A stretch of 64,000 bases of DNA from Candidatus Omnitrophota bacterium (GTDB lineage: Bacteria > Omnitrophota > Gorgyraeia > Gygaellales > Profunditerraquicolaceae): positions 1-64,000 of the forward strand of contig JBEKSD010000001.1 in assembly GCA_049517335.1 (NCBI GenBank), written 5' to 3'. A program made the position numbers and the translations under genes. Under the pieces are notes generated by a model that saw only the letters and a program-made list of their open reading frames with translations, ran no database searches and was not told where the DNA came from. This document shows, piece by piece, positions 49,588 to 58,959 of the stretch (positions within the stretch are counted from its first letter, which is position 1; each line of letters begins with the position of its first letter).

Positions 49588-52026
49588 ATGAAAAAAAAGA
49601 TTCTCATAGCCCTACTCATTCTTATCTTTATTATCTCGGGCGGAATTATCTACCTCAATAGCGTAGTTCTCCCTACCCGAATCAAATCCCTTGTAATTAA
49701 AGGCCTAGAAGAACAGACCGCCAAAAAGGTAAGCCTTGATTCATTGCAGTTTAATATATTTAAGGGCCTGGTCTTAAGAAACCTGGTCATAGAGGATAAT
49801 GGTAAGAAAATCATCAGCGCCAGAGAAGTGTCCTGTTCATTTTTACTGCTGCCGATGTTTAAGAAAAACATCATTATCCCATCCGTGACTATAAAATCCC
49901 CGGCGATTATCCTGGAAAGGCTGCCTGATAATAGTTTTAACCTACAGAGTTTGTTTGTTTCCAAGCCTGCTGCCAAAGAAAGTAAGTTTCAGTTTGTCCT
50001 TTACAAAATAAACATTACCAACGCCAATGTTTATTTTCAGGATAATACTTTAAAACAGCCTTTTAGAAAGGATATCGAAAATTTAAACCTTGTAGTTAAT
50101 TTATCGCTGCCCGCAAGTGTCAGATTCAGGGTTAAGGCAAGAATCCCCGCTACCGCTAAATTACCTATGGAGATATCCGGTCAGGGTGAGTATAAATTAA
50201 TCCAGAAAGAGCTGCTCTCTAATATCTCTCTTAAGGATATCGACCCCAGAGAATTCGCGCCTTACTATGAACCGTTCCAAGTCAAAATATCCGATGGTCT
50301 GATTAATTCCGAAATAAAGTTAAGATTTAAAGATGAGCTTGTAACTGCGGATATTTCAGTGCAGAGTAAAGGTTTAATAATAGCGCAGGATAAATTGTCC
50401 GCAGAGATAAACTCGGATTTGGAAGCCCAGGTAAAATACAATTTAAAAGATAAGGGTTTATCCTATGCAGGAAAAGGCGGTTTTGTCAATTCGCAGATTT
50501 CAGGGTTAGAGCCGGTTGGCACACTTGTTAATATAAATACGGAGGTGAGTTTTAATAATGCAGGCTTATCAACGGATAAGATCTCTCTAGTTTTATCCGG
50601 AGTCCCCCTTGAGGCGAAATTGAAGTTAACAGATTACAGCAATCCTTTACTGAATATCGATATCGCGCATCTGAAGCTTGATTATTTGCCTCAACTGCTT
50701 AAGGATAAAATGAAATTTTCCTTTCCCGGACAATTAACAGGGGATGCGGCTTTAACTTTAAAGATTAAATCTTCGCAGGTTGAAGGCGTCCTGACTCTCT
50801 TGAATGCTTCGGCAAAGTTAGAGAAGCCCGCGCTTTTCTTGGAAAATATCAGCGGTAAAATCCAGTTTAATCCTGCATACGTTAAATGGGAGGCTTTGAA
50901 CTTAAAATATCAAGGCGTTCCTTACAAGGTTTCCGGTTCAGTTTCAAATTTCAATACCCCATTTGTCCAGTTAGGGCTTATTTCGAAAGACCTGAAGCTC
51001 GATTCTGAATTCAGGTTAGAGGATAAGCTTATTCATCTGCTTAAATTTAACGGCGGTTATTTAAACTCTAAATTTTCCATAAAAGGCGATCTGGATATTT
51101 CTGATACAAGTAAACTTGTGCCTAATCTTGAAGGAGATATCAATTTTAACCTCCAAGACCTAAATATCCTTATGGCTAAATTCAAGGGACAACTTGAAGA
51201 GATAAAACCGCAGGGTATTTTGAATGCGCATTTTTCTTTGGGCGGAGACTTGAATGATTTCAAAAACTGTGCGCTACAGGCGAAGGTTACCTCCGAGGAG
51301 GTTTCAGCATATGGCTTAAAAGCTGGGCGCCTTAATTTGCAGTATAACCAGGAAAACGGGCTCATTGATATTCCGTCAATGAATTTGGTTTTATATGACG
51401 GCATAGTTAACGCAGCGGTAAAAGTAAATTTGAATTCGAAAGATACTCTTTATTCATTGGATTTGGATATAGACGGAGTAAAAATTGAGAAGTTAAAGAA
51501 CGACACTGCGGCTAAGAAAAAAGATATCGCCGGAAATTTAAAAGCGCAGTTGAAGTTAAACGGCGTGCTGCAGGATATCTCAAAGCTTAGTGCAACAGGT
51601 AAAATTTATATTAACGACGGCAGGCTTTGGCAGCTGAATTTATTCCAAGGGTTAGGCTCATTATTATTCATACGCGATTTCTCCGAGATTGTCTTTAGCG
51701 AGGGTTCCTGCAGCTTTATCGTACGCGATAAGGTTATTTCTACGAAAGATTTAGTGATGAAAAGTAATATTACTAATCTTGATGGCACTGTGCAGATAGG
51801 TTTTGATTCCCATATCGATGCCTCATTGAATGTGCAGGTGCTCAGTGATAATGTGCCTTTAACGGGGACATTCAAAGATCTGGCTACTGCTATTATCGGA
51901 GGGGCTGAGCATTTTGGGACAATACGTATTACGGGGACGTTAAAAGAGCCAAAATACAGGTTTCATCCTGCGGTGGGAAATATCCTTAACTCTTTGAAAG
52001 ATAGTATTTTAGGTAAAGCTAATTGA
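49588..52026 (+). CDS. AsmA/DUF748-like envelope protein
   Basis: N-terminal TM, long beta-rich body, LYDGIVN, ITGTLKEP. Confidence 0.7.
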   Translation: MKKKILIALLILIFIISGGIIYLNSVVLPTRIKSLVIKGLEEQTAKKVSLDSLQFNIFKGLVLRNLVIEDNGKKIISAREVSCSFLLLPMFKKNIIIPSVTIKSPAIILERLPDNSFNLQSLFVSKPAAKESKFQFVLYKINITNANVYFQDNTLKQPFRKDIENLNLVVNLSLPASVRFRVKARIPATAKLPMEISGQGEYKLIQKELLSNISLKDIDPREFAPYYEPFQVKISDGLINSEIKLRFKDELVTADISVQSKGLIIAQDKLSAEINSDLEAQVKYNLKDKGLSYAGKGGFVNSQISGLEPVGTLVNINTEVSFNNAGLSTDKISLVLSGVPLEAKLKLTDYSNPLLNIDIAHLKLDYLPQLLKDKMKFSFPGQLTGDAALTLKIKSSQVEGVLTLLNASAKLEKPALFLENISGKIQFNPAYVKWEALNLKYQGVPYKVSGSVSNFNTPFVQLGLISKDLKLDSEFRLEDKLIHLLKFNGGYLNSKFSIKGDLDISDTSKLVPNLEGDINFNLQDLNILMAKFKGQLEEIKPQGILNAHFSLGGDLNDFKNCALQAKVTSEEVSAYGLKAGRLNLQYNQENGLIDIPSMNLVLYDGIVNAAVKVNLNSKDTLYSLDLDIDGVKIEKLKNDTAAKKKDIAGNLKAQLKLNGVLQDISKLSATGKIYINDGRLWQLNLFQGLGSLLFIRDFSEIVFSEGSCSFIVRDKVISTKDLVMKSNITNLDGTVQIGFDSHIDASLNVQVLSDNVPLTGTFKDLATAIIGGAEHFGTIRITGTLKEPKYRFHPAVGNILNSLKDSILGKAN

Positions 52027-52346
52027 CAATGAATATTTAAGGACTACTATTGATCAATAGAAAAAGGTCAGACTTAATTTTGATATAAAAATTATACCAT
52101 ACGGAGATTAATTTTGTGCCCAAAATGTACCCATCCAAGTCCTCGCGTCATTAGAGAGTCTAGAAAATATTGATCTACGGTCAATAGCTTTTTTACCTGT
52201 ATACAGAGAGTCTTTCTGCCGCGCCATATTTCTGGGCGTCCTCACGGGAGTCACCTCTCAAATTTACCAATAGCTGTGTGCGGAGAGTCACGTCAGTATT
52301 TGAGAAAAATCCGTTCCAGGAATAACTGAATATTCTCGAGAAACCA

Positions 52347-52375
52347 TTGACAAAATATCACTTTCCAGTTAAAGT
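52347..52375 (+). promoter_or_regulatory. Sigma70 promoter of the autotransporter
   Basis: TTGACA-17-TAAAGT. Confidence 0.55.
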
Positions 52376-52418
52376 AAAGACAATTTATATTTTTTGTGCT
52401 CTCGTAATCTATTTCTAA

Positions 52419-55385
52419 ATGAGAGAAACTAATACCATAAAGACTAAATATCTGGCCGCGTGTATCATCGCGGTTTTTTTTATTCTTCCTTTTACGGCTT
52501 CAGCTGCGTTGCCTCCAGACTACACCCATGCCATTTCGCAGGCCCAAGCGCATATAAACAATCCTTCCGGATGGATCCCCACCGATGGCTCTATCATTAC
52601 CATAACCGGTAATTCCGCTACCGAGAATCCTTCTTTCGGCCTAACCTATAATAATAGTTTTAGCGATGGTAATAATTACCTGATAGTCAGGACCTTGACT
52701 AATGTAGGTTATTATGCGAATACTAGCAGCGGAGCCCTGCAATACGGCGTAGGAGCCTATACTACTTACGATGACAATCCAACTAAGTATCAGCAGGCTT
52801 CTTGGGTAACAACCGGTAATGATGCGACTAAATTTATCGATACCAACGTTACTTCTCCCAGTAGTCTAGTTACGACTATGGAGAGCGGGCTTGGCATGAA
52901 TAATGCTGGCTCACATACTGCAATTGTGGAGTATGCGGTTTTACCCAACAACAATAACCTTATGCGGCCTACGTTAAACCCGGATATATCGACTTATCCC
53001 ACAGATGCTTCTAGTTACGGCTATTCCAATCCTTTTACTCCGAATAAACCAAGCGGCATGTCCGATGCTGTTTACACCTATCTACAAAAGTATCTTGATT
53101 ATTGGCAGACAACTGCCTTGGGCGGGGCGGGTACTTTCCCTTGGACTCAGCTGGGGTACACCTATTTCTGGGGTAACGGAGACGCGCTTAACCAGATAAA
53201 AGGGATGAGTGAGTTTATTATTTTAGGTGGCACGCAAGTGAAAATTATCGGTATTTATTCACCGGAATCTTATATGTATACTAAAAACAAGAACGGCGTC
53301 TTTAGCACTGATTCGGACGCCGAATACGGTAATGGTTTTGCTAGTTTTAATGTTACCGGAAACTGCGATACTATCTGGGCGGGAAATGCTTTTCAGGTGA
53401 ATGCCAGCAGTGATCCTAGTAATCCGAATCAGATAATTATAGCCAAAAGCTCTACCATTTCCGGCGGTCAGGGAATTCTGGTTTGGTCGCCCAACTATAC
53501 CGTTACCAATTACGGCACGATCAGCGGGGCAACTCTCAAAAAGTTAAGGGACGATAATAGCCATCCATCTAACCCGGGGATGCTCGGTACGGATAATGTT
53601 GCGCTACTTTTTTTAGGAGACACTACTTACGGTAATATTGCGGGAGGTAAGAATATACTCATCAATTCGGGGAGGATCTCTAGCGATCCCAGCAACTCTA
53701 GTACAGCCGTAGAGGCAGATGCTGGTAATACTGAGATAACCAATAGCGGAACAATTTCCGGATATACCTACGGCATTCATTTCTTAAGCGGCAGCAATAA
53801 AATCACCAATACCGGAACTATCGCTGCTACGGGCGGGGTAGGTGCCTTAGCAGCAATTCAAATTGACTCCGGAACTACTGCTGTCAATAGCACCGGTGGA
53901 GTTATCAGCGGAGATGTAATTCTGGCTAATAATTCTACAGCTGCTTTGGATGTAGGCAATACTAATTTGCCAGTTACCGGAACATATGTTCAGAATCCAA
54001 ACTCTACTTTAAAACTAACTGCCAATTCCCCTACTGATTTTGGTAAGGTCACCGCTACCAGTAACCTTACCTCAGTGGATTTGCATAGCAATGTTATTGT
54101 TACAGTCGGCGGATACATCCCAAATAATACTACTTTAAGCAATGTGGTAAGCGGCACCGGAAGTAATAGTATCAATGTTCCCGCAACGATCAGCAGCAGC
54201 AGTCCTATATTTACTTTTTCCAGCGCAAATGGAACAGGGGATCATCTTAGTTTGACTGCGACTAGAGCTAATTCCTATAGCAGTTTTGCTACTAACGCCA
54301 ATTCAAGCGCTGTGGGAGGAGTCTTAAATACCATAGCAAATAGCGCTACAGCAAGCGGGGATATCACAAATATTTTAGGTGCGCTTGATTCTTTGGGCTC
54401 AGGCAATCAAATTGATCAGGCCTTAAGCTCGCTTACTCCCAATGTTAACAATAGCTGCCCGCAGGTGAATTATGAAACGCAAACCAGGTTTATTAATACT
54501 ACTGTTGAGCACATCAATACTGTTTTTCAAGCTACTCCGGCTTCTTCAGGGGGCTTAGATCCGGCAGTATGGGCGCAGCCATTCGGTACTTACTTGCATC
54601 AGGACCCCAGAGGGACAAGTAATGGTTATAACGCCAGTGTCTGGGGTATTTTAGGCGGTTATGATAAGCAAGTGCGCAATGACCTTGCCTTTGGCGTCAG
54701 CATAGGATATGCCCGCGATGAAATCCGGACTAAGGATTTTAGCGGCCAGACAGGGGTTGATAGTTACCAGCTTGGACTTTACGGAAGCTTTACCCGGTCA
54801 GCTTATTATATAGACGGGATTTTTTCCTTTGCCTATAACCGTTATGATTCATCGCGCGAAATTAATTTCGGTGGGCTTAACCTTACTCCGGCAAGTAACT
54901 ATGACGGTCAGCAGTATTCTTTGTATTTTGAAGGTGGATATAACTTTAATTTTAATAAACTCGAGATTACTCCGCTTGCCTCAATTCAGTATATGCGCCT
55001 TAATATCGACGGCTACACCGAAAAAAATGCTGATGCTGCAGATCTTACGGTAGATGGCCAGGGTTATAATCTACTCCAGTCAGGGCTGGGAGCAAGAATT
55101 GCCTATACGTTAGAAAAAAAGAATTTCACCGTTATCCCGGACTTTCACTTTAAATGGCTCTATAATTTTATCAATGATAACCAGCAGGCTACATCTACTT
55201 TCGCCGGAGGAGGCGCTTCCTTTCCTACAAGCGGATTTAACCAGCCAAGATCAAGTTATAACCTTGGAACTAAATGGACTATACTTACAAAAAATAATAT
55301 TTCGTTTTCTCTCAACTACGATTATGAGCTGAAGCCGGGTTTCTACAGCCATTCAGGTTATATAAATGTGCGTCATGAATTCTGA
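52419..55385 (+). CDS. Type Va autotransporter with unassigned passenger domain
   Basis: Signal peptide, N/T/S/G-rich NxGTI beta-helix repeats, barrel starting VWAQPFG, C-terminal HEF. Confidence 0.88.
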   Translation: MRETNTIKTKYLAACIIAVFFILPFTASAALPPDYTHAISQAQAHINNPSGWIPTDGSIITITGNSATENPSFGLTYNNSFSDGNNYLIVRTLTNVGYYANTSSGALQYGVGAYTTYDDNPTKYQQASWVTTGNDATKFIDTNVTSPSSLVTTMESGLGMNNAGSHTAIVEYAVLPNNNNLMRPTLNPDISTYPTDASSYGYSNPFTPNKPSGMSDAVYTYLQKYLDYWQTTALGGAGTFPWTQLGYTYFWGNGDALNQIKGMSEFIILGGTQVKIIGIYSPESYMYTKNKNGVFSTDSDAEYGNGFASFNVTGNCDTIWAGNAFQVNASSDPSNPNQIIIAKSSTISGGQGILVWSPNYTVTNYGTISGATLKKLRDDNSHPSNPGMLGTDNVALLFLGDTTYGNIAGGKNILINSGRISSDPSNSSTAVEADAGNTEITNSGTISGYTYGIHFLSGSNKITNTGTIAATGGVGALAAIQIDSGTTAVNSTGGVISGDVILANNSTAALDVGNTNLPVTGTYVQNPNSTLKLTANSPTDFGKVTATSNLTSVDLHSNVIVTVGGYIPNNTTLSNVVSGTGSNSINVPATISSSSPIFTFSSANGTGDHLSLTATRANSYSSFATNANSSAVGGVLNTIANSATASGDITNILGALDSLGSGNQIDQALSSLTPNVNNSCPQVNYETQTRFINTTVEHINTVFQATPASSGGLDPAVWAQPFGTYLHQDPRGTSNGYNASVWGILGGYDKQVRNDLAFGVSIGYARDEIRTKDFSGQTGVDSYQLGLYGSFTRSAYYIDGIFSFAYNRYDSSREINFGGLNLTPASNYDGQQYSLYFEGGYNFNFNKLEITPLASIQYMRLNIDGYTEKNADAADLTVDGQGYNLLQSGLGARIAYTLEKKNFTVIPDFHFKWLYNFINDNQQATSTFAGGGASFPTSGFNQPRSSYNLGTKWTILTKNNISFSLNYDYELKPGFYSHSGYINVRHEF

Positions 55386-55488
55386 TGAATACAGGAAACA
55401 TAGGAATATATGCATTGAGAAGGATTAAGCCAGCTTGCGCTATGGTCTCATACATACGCTATAATAACAGACTAAAAGAGGGTGCATA

Positions 55489-56532
55489 ATGAAAAAGATA
55501 CCGAAAGAATACGAAATTGGCGATAAAACCATAGATGGCTTAATAGATGAACTTACCAAGAGTTCCGGTTCTATTGAAACCGAACACGTGCTGCGTGAAA
55601 TACTTACGACTGCTGTTAAGTTAGGAAAGGAATCAAAAGATAAGGGAGATCTAAAGCTTGTAAATAATGCGCTGAAAGAATTACGATATTCTTTCAAGAT
55701 ATTTTCTCCTTATAGAAACGTCAAAAAGGTAATAATCTTTGGGTCGGCGAGATCGAAAAAGACATCAGCCGGATATAAGATGGCTGAGGAATTTGCGCGA
55801 AAGCTAACAGCGAAAGGCTACATGATTGTAACCGGAGGCGGCCCCGGAGTTATGGAGGCCGGAAATAAAGGCGCCGAAGCTGGCAAAGAATTTGCATTAA
55901 ATATAAGGCTTCCTTTTGAACAAAAGCCCAATCCATACATTGACGAAAAAGATAAAATAATAAACTTTAAATATTTTTTTACCAGGAAGCTAATTTTTGT
56001 AAAAGAGACTGACGCAACCGCTCTTTTCCCGGGGGGATTTGGCACGCATGACGAGGGGTTTGAAATGCTTACTCTGATGCAAACCGGTAAATCTAAGCCC
56101 CGGCCGATAATTTTGATGGAGCCTGAAGGCTCGGCATATTGGAATGCGTGGAAACGTTATGTAATTGACCACCTGCTTAAAAATAGCTTTATCAAAAAGG
56201 AAGACCTTAAGCTTTTTTGTATCGCACGAACTGTTGATGAGGCAATAAAATATATAGAAGATTTTTACAGGGTATATCACTCGATTAGATACGATTCGGG
56301 TCTGACTGTAATAAGGCTGAATAAAGAAATCTCAGGGAAGACGTTAAAGCTTATTAATCAAAAATTTAAAGACATTTTGACAAGCGGCGAGATTAGGCTT
56401 TCGCCTCCGACGAATAAAGAGATCCAGGATGGGGAATATCTTAGCTTGCCTAGGATTCTGATGGAGTTTAATCTACGTGACTATGGCAGGCTTTGCGAGA
56501 TGATTCATGTTATCAATAGAGACCAATTGTAA
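55489..56532 (+). CDS. Extended LOG-family protein
   Basis: IFGSAR, TGGGPGVME, FFTRK, PGGFGTHDE with N- and C-terminal extensions. Confidence 0.88.
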   Translation: MKKIPKEYEIGDKTIDGLIDELTKSSGSIETEHVLREILTTAVKLGKESKDKGDLKLVNNALKELRYSFKIFSPYRNVKKVIIFGSARSKKTSAGYKMAEEFARKLTAKGYMIVTGGGPGVMEAGNKGAEAGKEFALNIRLPFEQKPNPYIDEKDKIINFKYFFTRKLIFVKETDATALFPGGFGTHDEGFEMLTLMQTGKSKPRPIILMEPEGSAYWNAWKRYVIDHLLKNSFIKKEDLKLFCIARTVDEAIKYIEDFYRVYHSIRYDSGLTVIRLNKEISGKTLKLINQKFKDILTSGEIRLSPPTNKEIQDGEYLSLPRILMEFNLRDYGRLCEMIHVINRDQL

Positions 56533-56536
56533 ACGA

Positions 56537-56615
56537 TGTCGCTCTTTTTGGCATAATATTTGTAACTATTTGAGCTACAGATAGTTACAAGAAATAGATT
56601 ATTTAAAAAGCGACA
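56537..56615. repeat. Nested imperfect inverted repeat
   Basis: TGTCGCT/AGCGACA outer arms; TTGTAACTAT/ATAGTTACAA inner arms (56560-56590). Confidence 0.7.
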
Positions 56616-56863
56616 AAAACGACAGTTTTATCAAGGAATCACTTATTGCGACGGTAGGCATTGATTACAGGTTTCTGACTAACTTTTAAACTCTTTGTTA
56701 TTGCCCCAAATGACATCCCCAGCTGAAATAATTCCCCTACTTTTTTTGCCAATCTTTGCTATAATGGGATTCGTTGCAGTGGTGCGCTTCCCGAGGAAGA
56801 TTTGAATAAGTCACTTGAATCTATCAAGCATTTGCCGAAGAGGCATAAAAAGAAGAGCGGAAA

Positions 56864-57541
56864 ATGGTAGGAAGGCTCATTTTAATATTTTTGTTGATTC
56901 TGGTGACAAATGTTTACGCGGACACCCTCTATTTAAAAAACGGCCGCCAGATTGAAGGGATAATTAAGAGCGAAGACAACGCTGTAGTGGAACTGGAAGT
57001 TTACGGTGGTTCGATTAAAATCCATAACCTTGAAATAGAGAAGATTGAGAGAAGCACAGAATTTGATGATGCATTGATACGCAAGCAATGGAACAACCAA
57101 AAGACCGCTCTAGAGGAGAGATTAAAACAGGTTAAGGCTGAAGAAGAGCGCCAGCCTAAAGAAGTGGAGTTCTCGGACGAAAGCCAAAGTATCATGGTGA
57201 AAGCATTACTGAATGGAGAGCTTCCTGTCAACCTTGTTTTAGATACCGGGGCATCGGCAATAATGCTAAAGAGAGCTTTGGCTGAGAAGCTGGGTATAAA
57301 ATTGGATAAGCCCGATACCAAGGTTACTCTTGCCGACGGAAAGACGGTTAGTGCCAAGCATATTATTTTGGAGAGCGTAAAAGTGCAGGATAGCGAAGTT
57401 TCCAAAGTTGATGCCGTCATGCTTCTGGAGGAAGAGAGCGCCTTAGGACCTGTCGACGGTCTACTCGGGATGTCCTTCCTGAAACATTTTTCTTTTAAAA
57501 TAGACCGCAAGGACAAAAAACTAATACTGGAGAAACTTTAA
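56864..57541 (+). CDS. Exported retropepsin-like (clan AA) aspartic protease
   Basis: Signal peptide, LDTGAS, GLLGMSFL. Confidence 0.88.
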   Translation: MVGRLILIFLLILVTNVYADTLYLKNGRQIEGIIKSEDNAVVELEVYGGSIKIHNLEIEKIERSTEFDDALIRKQWNNQKTALEERLKQVKAEEERQPKEVEFSDESQSIMVKALLNGELPVNLVLDTGASAIMLKRALAEKLGIKLDKPDTKVTLADGKTVSAKHIILESVKVQDSEVSKVDAVMLLEEESALGPVDGLLGMSFLKHFSFKIDRKDKKLILEKL

Positions 57542-57958
57542 ATGAAAACTTATACCCAATACCTTGTCTTTAATACCAAGGAAAAGCGGGAAATCATCAA
57601 TATAACTCAGGAAGTAGAAGAGGGCTTAAGAAAGAGCGGGATAAAAGAAGGCTTATGCTTGGTAAACGCCATGCATATAACCGCAAGCGTTTTTATTAAT
57701 GACGACGAAAGCGGGCTGCATCAGGACTTCATTGTCTGGCTTGAAAAACTTGCACCCTATGGAATAGAAAAATATAAACATAATTTGACCGGGGAAGATA
57801 ACGCGGATGCGCATTTAAAGCGCACAATAATGGGCAGGGAAGTAGTGGTGGCCGTTTCGTCAGGGAAATTGGATTTCGGGCCGTGGGAGCAGATTTTTTA
57901 CGGGGAGTTTGACGGCCAGCGCAGGAAGAGAGTTTTGGTTAAGATAATCGGGGAGTAG
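57542..57958 (+). CDS. YjbQ/UPF0047 family protein
   Basis: [27 protein letters not shown]. Confidence 0.92.
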   Translation: MKTYTQYLVFNTKEKREIINITQEVEEGLRKSGIKEGLCLVNAMHITASVFINDDESGLHQDFIVWLEKLAPYGIEKYKHNLTGEDNADAHLKRTIMGREVVVAVSSGKLDFGPWEQIFYGEFDGQRRKRVLVKIIGE

Positions 57959-57975
57959 CTACTTTAAAAATAAAT

Positions 57976-58914
57976 ATGAAGATAAAAGATACGGAAATCA
58001 AGGTTATTCAGGGTGATATTACGCAGCTGGAAGTTGAGGCCATAGTCAATGCGGCAAATAATAAATTGCTTATGGGAGGAGGGGTTGCGGGTACAATAAA
58101 AAGAAAAGGCGGCAAAGTTATTGAGGATGAAGCGCTAAAAAAAGCCCCGATTGCCATAGGAGAAGCGGTTGCGACAAAAGCAGGATTACTTAAAGCAAAA
58201 TATGTAATACATGCGGCGACTATGGGCTTGGATTTTAAGACCGATGAAATCAAGATTAGGAATTCCTGCAGAAGTTCCCTAAAAGCGGCTGCAGAATTAG
58301 GGGTCAAATCCATTGCTTTCCCGGCCTTAGGCTGCGGCACGGGGGGTTTCTCGCTCTTAGCTTCGGCAAAGATTATGGCTCAAGAGGTATTGAAGTATTT
58401 ACGCGAAGAAAAGATAACCTTCAAAGAAATAATCTTTTGCCTTTACGATGAAGAAGCGCTCGCTATTTTCAAGAAAGGGGTTTTAGGGTATTTAGAGTAC
58501 GTAACCACCAAACTTTCCCAGGGGCCTTATCTGACTGTGGATGCGATTATTGAATTGCCTGAAGGTATCGTGGTTATCCAGAGAAGTAATCCGCCTTTTG
58601 GCTGGGCTTTACCGGGAGGTTTTGTGGATTATGGGGAAAGCCTGGAAGATGCGGTAAAAAGAGAAGCAAAAGAAGAGACGGATTTAGATTTGACTGAAAT
58701 TAAACAATTCCATACTTATTCTCATCCCCAGCGCGATCCGCGCTTTCATACTGTCGGCACGGTATTTATTGCCCAAGCTAAAGGCAAGCCTAAAGCCGGG
58801 GATGATGCCGCAGGTATAAGCGTGGTTAAGTTTGAAGATATCAGAAAACTTAGCTTTGCCTTTGATCATAAACAGATAATTGAAGATTATTTAAAAGAGA
58901 GAAATGTTTCTTAA
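57976..58914 (+). CDS. Macro domain-Nudix hydrolase fusion
   Basis: [25 protein letters not shown]; Nudix box [27 protein letters not shown]. Confidence 0.9.
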   Translation: MKIKDTEIKVIQGDITQLEVEAIVNAANNKLLMGGGVAGTIKRKGGKVIEDEALKKAPIAIGEAVATKAGLLKAKYVIHAATMGLDFKTDEIKIRNSCRSSLKAAAELGVKSIAFPALGCGTGGFSLLASAKIMAQEVLKYLREEKITFKEIIFCLYDEEALAIFKKGVLGYLEYVTTKLSQGPYLTVDAIIELPEGIVVIQRSNPPFGWALPGGFVDYGESLEDAVKREAKEETDLDLTEIKQFHTYSHPQRDPRFHTVGTVFIAQAKGKPKAGDDAAGISVVKFEDIRKLSFAFDHKQIIEDYLKERNVS

Positions 58915-58959
58915 AAAAAAGGAAAGATTGTCCCTTAAGGGGACATTTTAAACGAAGGT

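Noticed and set aside
52085-52260. Integrase C-terminal remnant on the minus strand (...WMGTFWAQN)
   Set aside because: No convincing catalytic His/Tyr motif; too short to support.
56765-56863. Structured RNA leader before the aspartic protease
   Set aside because: Only short stems; no recognisable ncRNA motif.
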